Part shown: piece after piece, positions 9,355 through 18,188 of the stretch
How positions within the stretch are numbered: position 1 is the first letter of the stretch
Layout: each line of letters begins with the position of its first letter
Notes under the pieces: model-generated
Database searches by the model: none
Told to the model about the DNA's origin: nothing
The model's input: the letters and a program-made list of their open reading frames with translations, nothing else
Assembly (NCBI GenBank): GCA_965220045.1
Contig: OZ244803.1
Span: 2,711,901-2,775,900, forward strand
Source: Chloroflexota bacterium
GTDB lineage: Bacteria > Chloroflexota > UBA11872 > VXOZ01
DNA: 64,000 nt
Reading direction: 5' to 3'
Position numbers and translations under genes: made by a program

Positions 9355-9444
9355 GCGTTCTGGTTTGCCTAGCCCCTCAAACTGAGGAACCTATGTGCAA
9401 TCGTTCCAAAACGCTCATAACTCGTCTGCTTTGCAGTGTTTTCA

Positions 9445-9522
9445 CCCTCACCCCCGTATCATCCGATACTGTGTATCGGCGTACGGGGCAGGCTCTAACC
9501 CTCTCCCTCGTGAGAGAGGGGA
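9445..9522 (+). repeat. Family-E repeat, long form (about 80 bp)
   Basis: ccctcacccccgtatcatccgatactgtgtatcggcgtacggggcaggctctaaccctctccctcgtgagagagggga. About 85% identical to 43645-43725. Confidence 0.8.
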
Positions 9523-9629
9523 CTACCTCGCTGCGGCGAGGGTTACGCAAAGGTCTCCGCAGGGAGTGATTCCCTCACCTCAACAACACTGCATTGACGG
9601 GCGCGCGTGTGCGCTATGCGGGAAACCGC

Positions 9630-9792
9630 GCAGGTTACAAACCTACGCTACCCCAGGTTACAGACCCTCGCTGCCGCAGGTTACAGACCTATGCTACCCC
9701 CAGGTTGCTCACCTTCGCCGCCGCAGGTTACAAACCTGCACTACCCCAGGTTACAGACCTTCGCTACCGCAGCATGCAAACCTTCGCTACCC
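9630..9792 (+). repeat. Tandem array of 7 abutting 23 bp units (caggttacaRacctNcgctaccc), derived from the family-C palindrome
   Basis: The units abut with no spacers, so this is not a CRISPR array. Unit consensus matches the solo family-C elements gcaggttgcaaacctgcgctaccgg. Confidence 0.85.
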
Positions 9793-9816
9793 ATCTATAC
9801 TAGCGTGCTGAAACCA

Positions 9817-11196
9817 CTACAGAGATTCAGCCCACTTATCCAGGACGGCCTGCACTTCCGCTTCTTTCTGCGCCATCGCCTCTTCCGGCGTCACCGCGCG
9901 CGTGGAAGCGTTTACCCACGCTCTTCTATCAATTCCGAGGATTTCATCGTTACCGGGAATCACCGGCACCCACTTGGCTACCTTAATTTCATCCATGACA
10001 GGTATGGCATGGGGCGAGGAGCTTAGAAACTCGTCGGATCGCGCGATGGATTCCAGCGCCGGAACGAGACCGAGCGCATCCGTCCACGCAAGCTGGCTCT
10101 CTTTGGTCATGAGATGCTCGATGAAGCGGAATGCCTGGTCTTGGTGCCCGCCGACTTGCGGCATAGCGATCGACCAGCCGCCTAGGTAGTTCGTCCGCAG
10201 CCCGCCCTCAGGAATCGGCAGACCGCCCACGCCCCAGGTCACAGACGCGCCCCAGTTTTGGTAGCGCCGCGTGGTGCTGGTACCGTTATGGACCATCATG
10301 GAGACACGGCCCACGGTAAAGTGATCGTTCTGTGCGGGATTCGCGTTGCCCAGCGCCGCGGTAATGCCCTCCAGACCGCCTTGCAAGTCCAGCAAGCCCA
10401 GCATGAACTTGAGTGCGTTGATACCGGCATCGTTGTTGAAGTTCGGCTTGCGGTTGTCGGGCGTCAGGTACTCGCCGCCGAGTTGCCAGAACCAGATGTA
10501 CCACTGCAAAAAGTGCGGCGGATTGCCGAACGTCGGTGTGAACCCAATGCGCTCCACCGCGTCGCCGCTGGTCTTGTAGAGCCGCGAGGCCGCGGACTCC
10601 AACTCGTCCCAGGTGCCCACCGGCTCCTCGGGGTCCAGGCCGATTTCGATGAAGTGCTCTTTATTCCAATGGAACGCACGGCCGTCGCAATGCAATGGCA
10701 CGGCGTAGACCTTGCCCTTCCACGTCACATCCTCGCGGAGCTTCGGCCAAAAGTCCTCCCACACGAAGGTGCTGGTTGCATTCACACGCGGAGTGAGGTC
10801 GGCCAGAAACCCCGCCGCGGAGAATTGACCGGCCAGGTAGCGGTCCATGTAGAAGACCTCAGGCGGCGATCCGGCCGCAGCCGCAGTGATGAATTTCTCC
10901 CTGGCGCGCAAGCCTACGGGGATGGGCTGGACTTCGACGTTGATGGCCGGGTTTTGTTCGCGAAACCGCTCTACAATGTTGGCGGCCGGGTGGTCCGGGG
11001 TAGCGAAGACGCTGGCGGCCCAAAAGCTGATAGTCACCGGCTCCGCTGGGGCCGGTGCGGACTCTTCTGCCGCAGGCGCATCGCCTTCAGTCGTGGGCGC
11101 GGCCGCGGGCACCGCTCCGCACGCGGCGAGCACGAGCCCTCCACTCATGACACCGGCGGTTGCGAACAATCTTCTGCGGGTAACGGTCGTCGCCAT
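9817..11196 (-). CDS. ABC transporter substrate-binding lipoprotein, family 1 (carbohydrate)
   Basis: MATTVTRRRLFATAGVMSGGLVLAACGA lipobox, Ala/Pro/Glu linker, clear paralog of 2551-3942. Confidence 0.85.
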   Translation of the reverse strand: MATTVTRRRLFATAGVMSGGLVLAACGAVPAAAPTTEGDAPAAEESAPAPAEPVTISFWAASVFATPDHPAANIVERFREQNPAINVEVQPIPVGLRAREKFITAAAAGSPPEVFYMDRYLAGQFSAAGFLADLTPRVNATSTFVWEDFWPKLREDVTWKGKVYAVPLHCDGRAFHWNKEHFIEIGLDPEEPVGTWDELESAASRLYKTSGDAVERIGFTPTFGNPPHFLQWYIWFWQLGGEYLTPDNRKPNFNNDAGINALKFMLGLLDLQGGLEGITAALGNANPAQNDHFTVGRVSMMVHNGTSTTRRYQNWGASVTWGVGGLPIPEGGLRTNYLGGWSIAMPQVGGHQDQAFRFIEHLMTKESQLAWTDALGLVPALESIARSDEFLSSSPHAIPVMDEIKVAKWVPVIPGNDEILGIDRRAWVNASTRAVTPEEAMAQKEAEVQAVLDKWAESL

Positions 11197-11496
11197 CGCT
11201 CTTCCTCCCGTCTTGAAAGTTTGACGGACTTAACCATATTGAAGATATTGCTATGGATTTAACCAATAGTCAATAGCTTTCAAGGGGATTCTACTGTGGG
11301 TATGGCGAATAGGGAGGTGATTGGCAAGGTTTGAGCGCGGCGGAGCGCTCTTGAATGCCCGCCTTGCTCCCGGTCCATGGGGCGCAGACCCGCTAACCCG
11401 CGCTCGGAGGCCGCAATGGCCGTGCCGCAGGAGGCGCCGGAGTCGATCAGATTCCTATAGGAAGACTGCCTGGAGTGCGAAACATTGGACCGTCGC

Positions 11497-12069
11497 TTAA
11501 AAGGGCATATTGAATGAGAAAAGCTCCCGCAGGACGGCCCAGATGCTGCTATAGATCGCGCCCACCCAGAAGATGCCGTTGAGCGTGGTGCCGACAACGA
11601 CGAGCGTATACGCGCGCTTGCCCGTAATGCCCATAAGCCAGATGAGCGGCACGCCGGCCATCGTGGGGCCGGAGAGGGTGTAGACCAGGAGGACGACCAG
11701 GTTGCGCCGTCTCTCCGTAGCCTCGACAAATCTGCGAATCTTCTCCAGGCGAGCCGTCTTGGCGCGAATCCAATCGGAGAGATCGAGTTCGAGCAGGAGC
11801 AAGTAGAGCAACGCGCCGTTCAGGACGATCATCACCAGGATGGTGGCGGTTGTGGCGACGAAGCCATTGTAGCGCAGGATGAGATAGTTCGAAAAGATCG
11901 TAACGATGATATCGATGGACGGCCACAGCACCAGCGTGACCAACCGCCGGAGATACTTCCTCACGGTGAGAGGATCGACCTCACGCGGGGAGACGCGGTT
12001 GACGAATTTCGTCACGCGCCTCTCGATTGTGCGGTTGTCCGGCTGGGGTTCGGTGGACGTTGCGGACAT
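11497..12069 (-). CDS. Hypothetical integral membrane protein (about 4 TM helices)
   Basis: Hydrophobic helices only. No recognisable family motif. Confidence 0.4.
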   Translation of the reverse strand: MSATSTEPQPDNRTIERRVTKFVNRVSPREVDPLTVRKYLRRLVTLVLWPSIDIIVTIFSNYLILRYNGFVATTATILVMIVLNGALLYLLLLELDLSDWIRAKTARLEKIRRFVEATERRRNLVVLLVYTLSGPTMAGVPLIWLMGITGKRAYTLVVVGTTLNGIFWVGAIYSSIWAVLRELFSFNMPF

Positions 12070-12147
12070 AGAATTCAGACCGTTAATTGCAAAGTGAGTA
12101 GTCTCGCAGGGCCGCGCATAAAACCGGTCTACCGCTCGCCGGCCTCG

Positions 12148-13473
12148 TCAGCGCCCGACAACCGTATCCATGCCGACCAGCGGCACGTTGGCAATAAGCG
12201 AGGCCTCGAGGCTGAGGGCCCGCAGGTCTTCAACTTCCAGGTCATGGACGTTTGCTTTGCCGCACGCACGCGCGAGCAATTGAATTTCCTGCGTCAACGT
12301 GGCAATGAAGTTCGCCAGGCGCAGCGCCGCTTCCTCAAATCCGGGGATCTCCGCCATTGCCCCCCGGGTCATGGCAGCGCGCTCTTCATCATCGGCGGCA
12401 GCGTCGTCAACGTGTTCGGGTGATCCATCTTGTTCGAATTGCGCCGTGACGTCCCGCGACCACGGTTCCAGCGAGACCAGCGCGGCGGTGCCGATGGAGA
12501 CGGCGTCTACGCCCAAGGCCAGCGCCTTGGCTACATCGGCACCGCTGCGGATGCCGCCGCAGAGGATCAAGCCGACCTCGTCTTCAAGACCCAACTCTTC
12601 CAACGCGCGCCGGGCCTGGCACACCGCCGCGATACCGGGAACACCCGTGTTCTGGTTCAGGACTGCCGGACCGGTGGAAGCGCCGGCTTCCATGCCCTCC
12701 ACCGTGATGATGTCCGCGCCGGCTTTGGCCGCCAATAGCACGTCGTCATAGACGTGCGCGGCGCTGATCTTGACAATGATGGGCACGCGCCAGTCTGTGG
12801 CCTCCCGCAGCTCTTCCACCTTCTTGGGGAGGTCGTCCGATCCGACCCAGTCCGGGTGCCGCGTCGGCGCGTGTGAGAGGCGGGAATACGCCGTTTCCGG
12901 CAGTGTCCCCGCGGACCGCGCTCCATCCCTGTCTAAACGAGACGGCATGCCGATACTTGGACTAAGGCCGCGCACGCTCACGAGCTCGATCACGTCGGCC
13001 TGGAGCATGTGACGCGGATTGAAGTCAACGCGGCTCGGCAGCACTTCGTAGGAAAGCATTCCGGCGAATTCTCGCTCCTCCGCCAGCATGCCGCCATACC
13101 CGGTGGTGTAGACAATGCCGGCGTGGGCCGAACCGTACGCGAGCGCCGCCCGCACCACCGGCGACAGCAGTTTGGCGCCCATGCCGGCGATCGTCACCGG
13201 CGTGCTGAGCACCAGCGGCTCCCCCGCAAACCGCGTCCCCAGGGTCGTGGCGGTCGTGCACTGCTCGTAGAAGGCTTCCAACGGCACGCGGCTGAGCGCG
13301 CACGGAATCAAAGTGAGATCATCGAACGTAGGAAACGCCCGCGACCGAACCGCCCGCGCTACGCGGCCGTTTCCCGCAGCGCTGGACTCTGCCTCCGGGG
13401 CCGCTACCTGAGCGGGATCGGATCCAGCATTCCTGTTCGCCTGCGACTCCATTTCCCGAGCTAGCCTTCCCAA
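12148..13473 (-). CDS. Glutamate synthase FMN-binding domain protein (GltB domain-2-like / MgsC-like)
   Basis: IIVKISAAH...AGADIITVEGMEAGASTGP...GVP...LILCGGIRSGADVAKALALGVDAV is the glutamate-synthase central-domain signature. Confidence 0.85.
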   Translation of the reverse strand: MGRLAREMESQANRNAGSDPAQVAAPEAESSAAGNGRVARAVRSRAFPTFDDLTLIPCALSRVPLEAFYEQCTTATTLGTRFAGEPLVLSTPVTIAGMGAKLLSPVVRAALAYGSAHAGIVYTTGYGGMLAEEREFAGMLSYEVLPSRVDFNPRHMLQADVIELVSVRGLSPSIGMPSRLDRDGARSAGTLPETAYSRLSHAPTRHPDWVGSDDLPKKVEELREATDWRVPIIVKISAAHVYDDVLLAAKAGADIITVEGMEAGASTGPAVLNQNTGVPGIAAVCQARRALEELGLEDEVGLILCGGIRSGADVAKALALGVDAVSIGTAALVSLEPWSRDVTAQFEQDGSPEHVDDAAADDEERAAMTRGAMAEIPGFEEAALRLANFIATLTQEIQLLARACGKANVHDLEVEDLRALSLEASLIANVPLVGMDTVVGR

Positions 13474-14189
13474 CGTGGACTGTCATCCGTGGCAGTTTTG
13501 CCTGCGCAACCGTCCGTACCGCCGCCTGCCGCGTTAGCCATGCCACCGGCTGCGGAGCTGGCCGTGAACTTGCGGAACGGCCGCGCGTGGGCGAGACCCG
13601 CCGTGGCGACGATCCCATCGACGCGCGCGCGCTCATCTTCCGTTAGCGCGGACTCCGCCACGCCCTCGCCGAGTTGCCCCACCGCACCGGCCACGTAGAT
13701 GCGGCCGCCGTACATACCGTGTCCCAGGCGCTGACTCGCGTTTCCGCAGACGATCAGGTCCCCGTCATGCATCATGAACCCGCTCATAAACCCGACGTTG
13801 CCCCCTATCACCACCATACCACCAACCATGCCGATGCCGGTGCGGGCGGCCGCATTGCCGTGCACGCAGACTATGCCGCCGTGCAGCGCGGCGCCCGTGG
13901 CATTGCCCGCATTGCCGCGCACGACGACACTGCCGCTTTGGAGGCCTTCGCCGGTACTCCACCCGGCGCTGCCGTGAATCTCCACCGTCGGACCGTCGCC
14001 CATTGCTCCGCAATAGTAGCCGACGCTCCCCTCGAATATGAGATGCACGGGTTGAAACAACGCCACGCCGAGACTGTGCCGCCCCCGGGGATCGTAGACG
14101 TGAATGTCGTGCTCCCCCTGCTCGATCGCGTGGCGGATGAGCTGGTTCACTTCTCGCGTGGAACGATCGACCGCTTCAATGAAGAACAT
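13461..14189 (-). CDS. GXGXG-motif protein (glutamate synthase C-terminal domain / FwdC / MgsB-like)
   Basis: Repeated G-rich beta-helix segments (VRGNAGNATGAALHGGIVCVHGNAAARTGIGMVGGMVVIGGNVG) typical of the GXGXG domain. Confidence 0.8.
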   Translation of the reverse strand: MFFIEAVDRSTREVNQLIRHAIEQGEHDIHVYDPRGRHSLGVALFQPVHLIFEGSVGYYCGAMGDGPTVEIHGSAGWSTGEGLQSGSVVVRGNAGNATGAALHGGIVCVHGNAAARTGIGMVGGMVVIGGNVGFMSGFMMHDGDLIVCGNASQRLGHGMYGGRIYVAGAVGQLGEGVAESALTEDERARVDGIVATAGLAHARPFRKFTASSAAGGMANAAGGGTDGCAGKTATDDSPRWEG

Positions 14190-14213
14190 GATGCCTATTC
14201 AGGATTTGGCGAT

Positions 14214-15155
14214 CTATTCAGGGGATTCTAAGGGCACGTGGGTCCGGGCGCGCCACACGTGCACTTCTTTGGCGTCAGGCTCCCACGTCGCCAATTCTTG
14301 CTCCAGCCCCTCGCAGATCGCGGCGGCTTCTGAGCTGACGACGACAAATTCATCGGTTTCGGCGATGACGAGCGGCCGCGCACCCATGAAGTCCTTGGCC
14401 GCGCCGAGTTCCTTGTCGGTTGCCGCGACAAAGGCATAGGTGCCATCGAGCACGTCAAGCGAGGCGCGCATCGCATCTTCCAGCGAGGCTCCCTGATCCA
14501 TCTCCATCGCCAGGAAGGCGCCAATCACCTCCGCGTCATTCGTGGTGAAGAAGCGCTGTCCCTTAGACTCGAACTTCCGGCGGAGCTTGTGGTAGTTGGT
14601 GACTTGCCCCGCATGCGCCACCGCCATGTCTGGCCGCGGCCGCGCCCAGAACGGCTGCGAATGGCTTACGTCGACGCGACTTTCCGTGGCCAGGCGCGCT
14701 TGGCCGATCATGTGGGTGCCCCGTATCGCAGAGAGATTGTATTCCGCTTCAAGATGCTCGATTGAGCCGACGTCCTTGACGATGCTGAGACGGCGGCCGA
14801 CACTGAAACACTCGACGTCACCGCCTTCGCTAACGCTCTCGATGATGCTTACTATCCCATGAATATCTTCGACCCTGTCGAGGACGAGTTGCAGGGCATG
14901 ACCCACCATGCGCGACTTCACGACTTTGGCCTTGCGGCCCACCCGCCGCACCACGCGCCCGCTCAGCGTGCGCACGTCGTCGCCTTCCATCTTCACCGCC
15001 ACCAAGAACTGGCCGTACGTCTCCGGCACGAAGAACGCCGCCCCGGTAGAATCCGGCGCGTATGGCGAGAGCGAACGCAGCATCTTCATGGCAATGTCAC
15101 CGATTGGCGCATAGCCGTCGCCGCCGCGGTCGAGGTAGCCGACGACTCCATACAT
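14214..15155 (-). CDS. Class-II glutamine-amidotransferase-like (Ntn) subunit (GltB domain-1 / MgsA-like). The N-terminus is MYG, not MCG
   Basis: Size and profile match GATase-2 (GVVGY..., ...AHAGQVTNY...). There is an in-frame TAG 7 codons upstream and no alternative start, so residue 2 is Tyr where the Cys nucleophile is expected. Confidence 0.7.
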   Translation of the reverse strand: MYGVVGYLDRGGDGYAPIGDIAMKMLRSLSPYAPDSTGAAFFVPETYGQFLVAVKMEGDDVRTLSGRVVRRVGRKAKVVKSRMVGHALQLVLDRVEDIHGIVSIIESVSEGGDVECFSVGRRLSIVKDVGSIEHLEAEYNLSAIRGTHMIGQARLATESRVDVSHSQPFWARPRPDMAVAHAGQVTNYHKLRRKFESKGQRFFTTNDAEVIGAFLAMEMDQGASLEDAMRASLDVLDGTYAFVAATDKELGAAKDFMGARPLVIAETDEFVVVSSEAAAICEGLEQELATWEPDAKEVHVWRARTHVPLESPE

Positions 15156-15295
15156 ATCTGCAACCTTTCTTCTTCTATCATACGCCTTAAAGGCCAGAGC
15201 GCACGCCTTTGTCGCTTCAGCTACGCCGCAGAATGGCTTGCAGCATCAGACCGATCGCATGCAGCGACCGGAGACGCAAACGCGGTTTTGCATGC

Positions 15296-15325
15296 TTGAC
15301 CCTCTTTTTGCGCCGCACCTATAAT
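15296..15325 (+). promoter_or_regulatory. Consensus sigma-70-type promoter (TTGACC, 18 nt spacer, TATAAT) about 80 nt upstream of the tRNA
   Basis: ttgacc ctctttttgcgccgcacc tataat, read directly. Confidence 0.5.
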
Positions 15326-15405
15326 TTAAGGGCACCCATCAGGGCGGCACTGAGGCCGGATGTGCGGTCCTCAAATCATGACTGCGGCCGTATGCTGCAG
15401 AATCC

Positions 15406-15480
15406 GCCGACGTAGCTCAATGGCAGAGCAGCGGTTTTGTAAACCGCAGGCTATGGGTTCGAATCCCTTCGTCGGCTCCA
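15406..15480 (+). tRNA. tRNA-Thr (anticodon UGU), CCA encoded
   Basis: Cloverleaf folds by hand: acceptor gccgacg/cgtcggc, D stem gctc/gagc, anticodon stem gcggt/accgc with loop ttTGTaa, T loop ttcgaat, 3' CCA. Confidence 0.8.
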
Positions 15481-15647
15481 ATTGCTGGTGGACTTGCCAG
15501 CTCCCTGGGCGGGTGGTCGGTTTCTGGGCACACCGGCTTGGTTCGTTTCTGTTTCGCAGTTGAGCGGAGAGAACGGATTTGCGCTTGCGTGCGGTGTTGA
15601 AAAGCTGCGCGGCGGGCGGCATAGTCTGCTGAAAGGGGAGGCGCACC

Positions 15648-17891
15648 GTGGCACGGGTTGATGCAAAGTGGGTATCGATCGAAGTCCAACCTGAATCCGG
15701 CGCCGAACCGGACCGGTGCGACGTTGCCTTCCACGGTGTTGACGGCGCCGTAGACCGGGGCTTAGCGCTCACTCTGCCCGCTGGCAGAGTAGGGACCTGG
15801 GAGCTTACCGTAACCGTCCGGGATGCCGTGCAGGTTGGCGGCGGCTTCCTGTTCCAGCGTCACGGCTTTCTGCTCGGGCACCGTGTGCAGGATTACAATC
15901 CGCGCGGGCGCGACTACGTTACGCTGGAGTCCCACACGGGGACGCCCTTGCGTCTGGTGGTGAATTCCCTCAACCAGTCCCACCGGCCGAGCTTTGCCCA
16001 GGTGCTCGTGACTGATGGCGCACTCGCGCCGGGCGACCGCTTTACGCTGCGGATCGGCGACCGGCGGCAAGGCGGCGCCGGCAGTGAGGTCTACGACTCC
16101 ACGACGCTAGGCCGTTTCGTCATGGCCGTTGACCGTACCGGCGCGGGATCCTACCGCACGCTGGCGTGCAGCCCGGCGAGCATCCGGATTACGGCTGAGC
16201 CCCAGCCGGACAAGCTGCGTGTCCTCGGCCCCTCCGTGGTCGCGCCCGATGAACCCTTTGCCCTTCACCTGGTGGCCTTCGACCGGCATCGCAATGTGTG
16301 CGACCGGTACCGGGGTACGGTGGCCTTCTCCGACGCCGGTTCGGCATACGCCGGGCTTCCGCCGGCAGTCACGTTCACCGCACGGGAACAGGGAATTCTC
16401 GTCATCGATGACGTGCGCCTAACGTCACCCGGCCTCTATCGTCTCTCTGCTATAGACGAAGAAAGCGGCTTGCAGGCGCTGAGCAATCCTGTCCTCTGCG
16501 AGACCGCGCCGGAGCGACGTCTCTTGTGGGGTGAATTGCATTGCCATAGCTGGGGCGACACGACGCTGGCGCTGATGAGCGAGCCGAACTTCAAGGTACA
16601 TCCCGCCCGGCGGCACGAGCAGGCGCGGCAGGTGGGTCGCCTGGACTTCTGTTCGCCGGGGCCGATGTCCGCGCCCGATGACGCAGTCCGGCCCGAGGTC
16701 TGGCAGGCGCACCAAGCGGCCTACCATGCCAATGACGAGCCGGGCACGTACGTACCATTCCTGGCCTATGAGGCGCATCCGGGCACCGGCGGTGACCGCA
16801 ACGTCGTCTTTCATGCACATGAAGCCACTCATCTGCCCATGAAAGCATCCATGGACGACGTGATGGCTACGTACGGCGACCGTGCTGACGTGTTGTTGGA
16901 AGCCCACATTGGCGGCGGCCCACCCAACTGGACCGCCTATCCCACCGAGGAAGCGCCGCTGCTGGAGGTCACGAGCGGGCACGGGGCGTTCGAGTGGGTG
17001 CTGCAGCGCGCGCTCCGCCACGGCTACCATCCGGCGGTGATTGGTTCGAGCGACGTGCACCTGCCGACGCTTGGCGCGCCCATGTCGGCTCACTGCTTCC
17101 GGGGTCGCTTCAACCATGAACTCAACATCCGCGATACGGCGTTTGGCAGCGGCCAGGTGGCCGGGGTCTACGCGGCAGCCTGCGAACGAGAAGCAATCTG
17201 GCAGGCGATCCGGGACCGGCGTACGTTTGCCACCACCGGCGCGCGCATCATCCTGGACGTGAGCGCGAATGGGGAACCGGCCGGCAGTTTTGTCACGTCG
17301 TCCGGAGACGTGGATCTGCGCATTGTCGCGCACGGCTGTGCGCCAATCGAGCGGATGGACGTGATTCGCGGCGACCGCTGCTTGATTTCCTGGTTTCCCG
17401 GTGAACTTGACTCGTCAATCGGCTACACCGACACGCAACCCCTGCGCGCAGGCGCCTATTATGTACGCCTCCGCCAGACGGATGGCGAATATGCCTGGAG
17501 CACGCCGGTCTGGGTTCACTGTGCCGACGGCAGTGCTGCGCCCGATCCGAACCAGCCGCTGTGGAACGCCCACGAGCCCGTTGACCTAACGCAATTGCGG
17601 CCGAATGGGGCGGAGCAATATGAGGCCGCGCTCCTGGAATACCTGGAAATAGAGGAAGACCCGGCGCTGTTCCGAGACCTGACTCCGGTGAAACTGCTCG
17701 ATGAAGCGCCCGGCCGCTCGGCCTTGTTCTACGCCTACTACGCCGACGACGGCTGGCCGGTGAGTATTCGCTGGTACTACGAGTTCGACCTGCCGCGCAT
17801 CCACCTGGACTGGGGCTGGCGCGATTTCGGCGCGCGCCCCACCCCCACGAACATCACCGAACCGGCGGAAGAGAAACCGCCTTTGGCCTGA
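15648..17891 (+). CDS. DUF3604 family protein (predicted metal-dependent hydrolase)
   Basis: LWGELHCHSWGD (HxH), ...LDFCSPG..., GSSDVH, REAIWQAIRDRRTFATTGARIILD and C-terminal ...YYVRLRQTDGEYAWSTPVWV match the DUF3604 pattern I recall. Paralog of 61704-63641. Confidence 0.65.
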   Translation: MARVDAKWVSIEVQPESGAEPDRCDVAFHGVDGAVDRGLALTLPAGRVGTWELTVTVRDAVQVGGGFLFQRHGFLLGHRVQDYNPRGRDYVTLESHTGTPLRLVVNSLNQSHRPSFAQVLVTDGALAPGDRFTLRIGDRRQGGAGSEVYDSTTLGRFVMAVDRTGAGSYRTLACSPASIRITAEPQPDKLRVLGPSVVAPDEPFALHLVAFDRHRNVCDRYRGTVAFSDAGSAYAGLPPAVTFTAREQGILVIDDVRLTSPGLYRLSAIDEESGLQALSNPVLCETAPERRLLWGELHCHSWGDTTLALMSEPNFKVHPARRHEQARQVGRLDFCSPGPMSAPDDAVRPEVWQAHQAAYHANDEPGTYVPFLAYEAHPGTGGDRNVVFHAHEATHLPMKASMDDVMATYGDRADVLLEAHIGGGPPNWTAYPTEEAPLLEVTSGHGAFEWVLQRALRHGYHPAVIGSSDVHLPTLGAPMSAHCFRGRFNHELNIRDTAFGSGQVAGVYAAACEREAIWQAIRDRRTFATTGARIILDVSANGEPAGSFVTSSGDVDLRIVAHGCAPIERMDVIRGDRCLISWFPGELDSSIGYTDTQPLRAGAYYVRLRQTDGEYAWSTPVWVHCADGSAAPDPNQPLWNAHEPVDLTQLRPNGAEQYEAALLEYLEIEEDPALFRDLTPVKLLDEAPGRSALFYAYYADDGWPVSIRWYYEFDLPRIHLDWGWRDFGARPTPTNITEPAEEKPPLA

Positions 17892-17950
17892 CAGGTCGTC
17901 GTTTCAGATAGTTCATCCGTCGTTGTTTAAGATTGTTCATCCAAAGGACT

Positions 17951-17980
17951 GTCATTCCCGCGCAAGCGGGAATCCATCTT
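17951..17980 (+). repeat. Family-A hairpin (GCAA loop variant)
   Basis: gtcattcccgcGCAAgcgggaatccatctt. Confidence 0.85.
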
Positions 17981-18025
17981 CCTCTTGAATCGCGGGGTGA
18001 AGGGGTCTCCATTTCCGCCGCAAGA

Positions 18026-18053
18026 GTAGGGGCACGACATGTCGTGCCCCTAC
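18026..18053. repeat. Family-B palindrome (loop variant acatgt)
   Basis: gtaggggcacgacatgtcgtgcccctac. Confidence 0.85.
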
Positions 18054-18188
18054 GTCAAGAACCCGGCCCGCACTCCCATGTCCAGGGTCAACGCACACTT
18101 TTATTCATGCGCGGGCGAGCATCTATACTTTAGTGAGACACACCTTTGTATTTACCAACCTTCCCGTAAATAGGAGGTATCAACCGCC

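Noticed and set aside
9630-9792. Possible CRISPR array
   Set aside because: The 23 bp units abut directly with no unique spacers. The units are degenerate copies of a palindromic intergenic repeat, and no cas genes are nearby.
15160-15400. Possible riboswitch or leader upstream of the tRNA or the glutamate-synthase-like operon
   Set aside because: No recognisable riboswitch consensus. The only clear signal is the sigma-70-type promoter reported as a feature.
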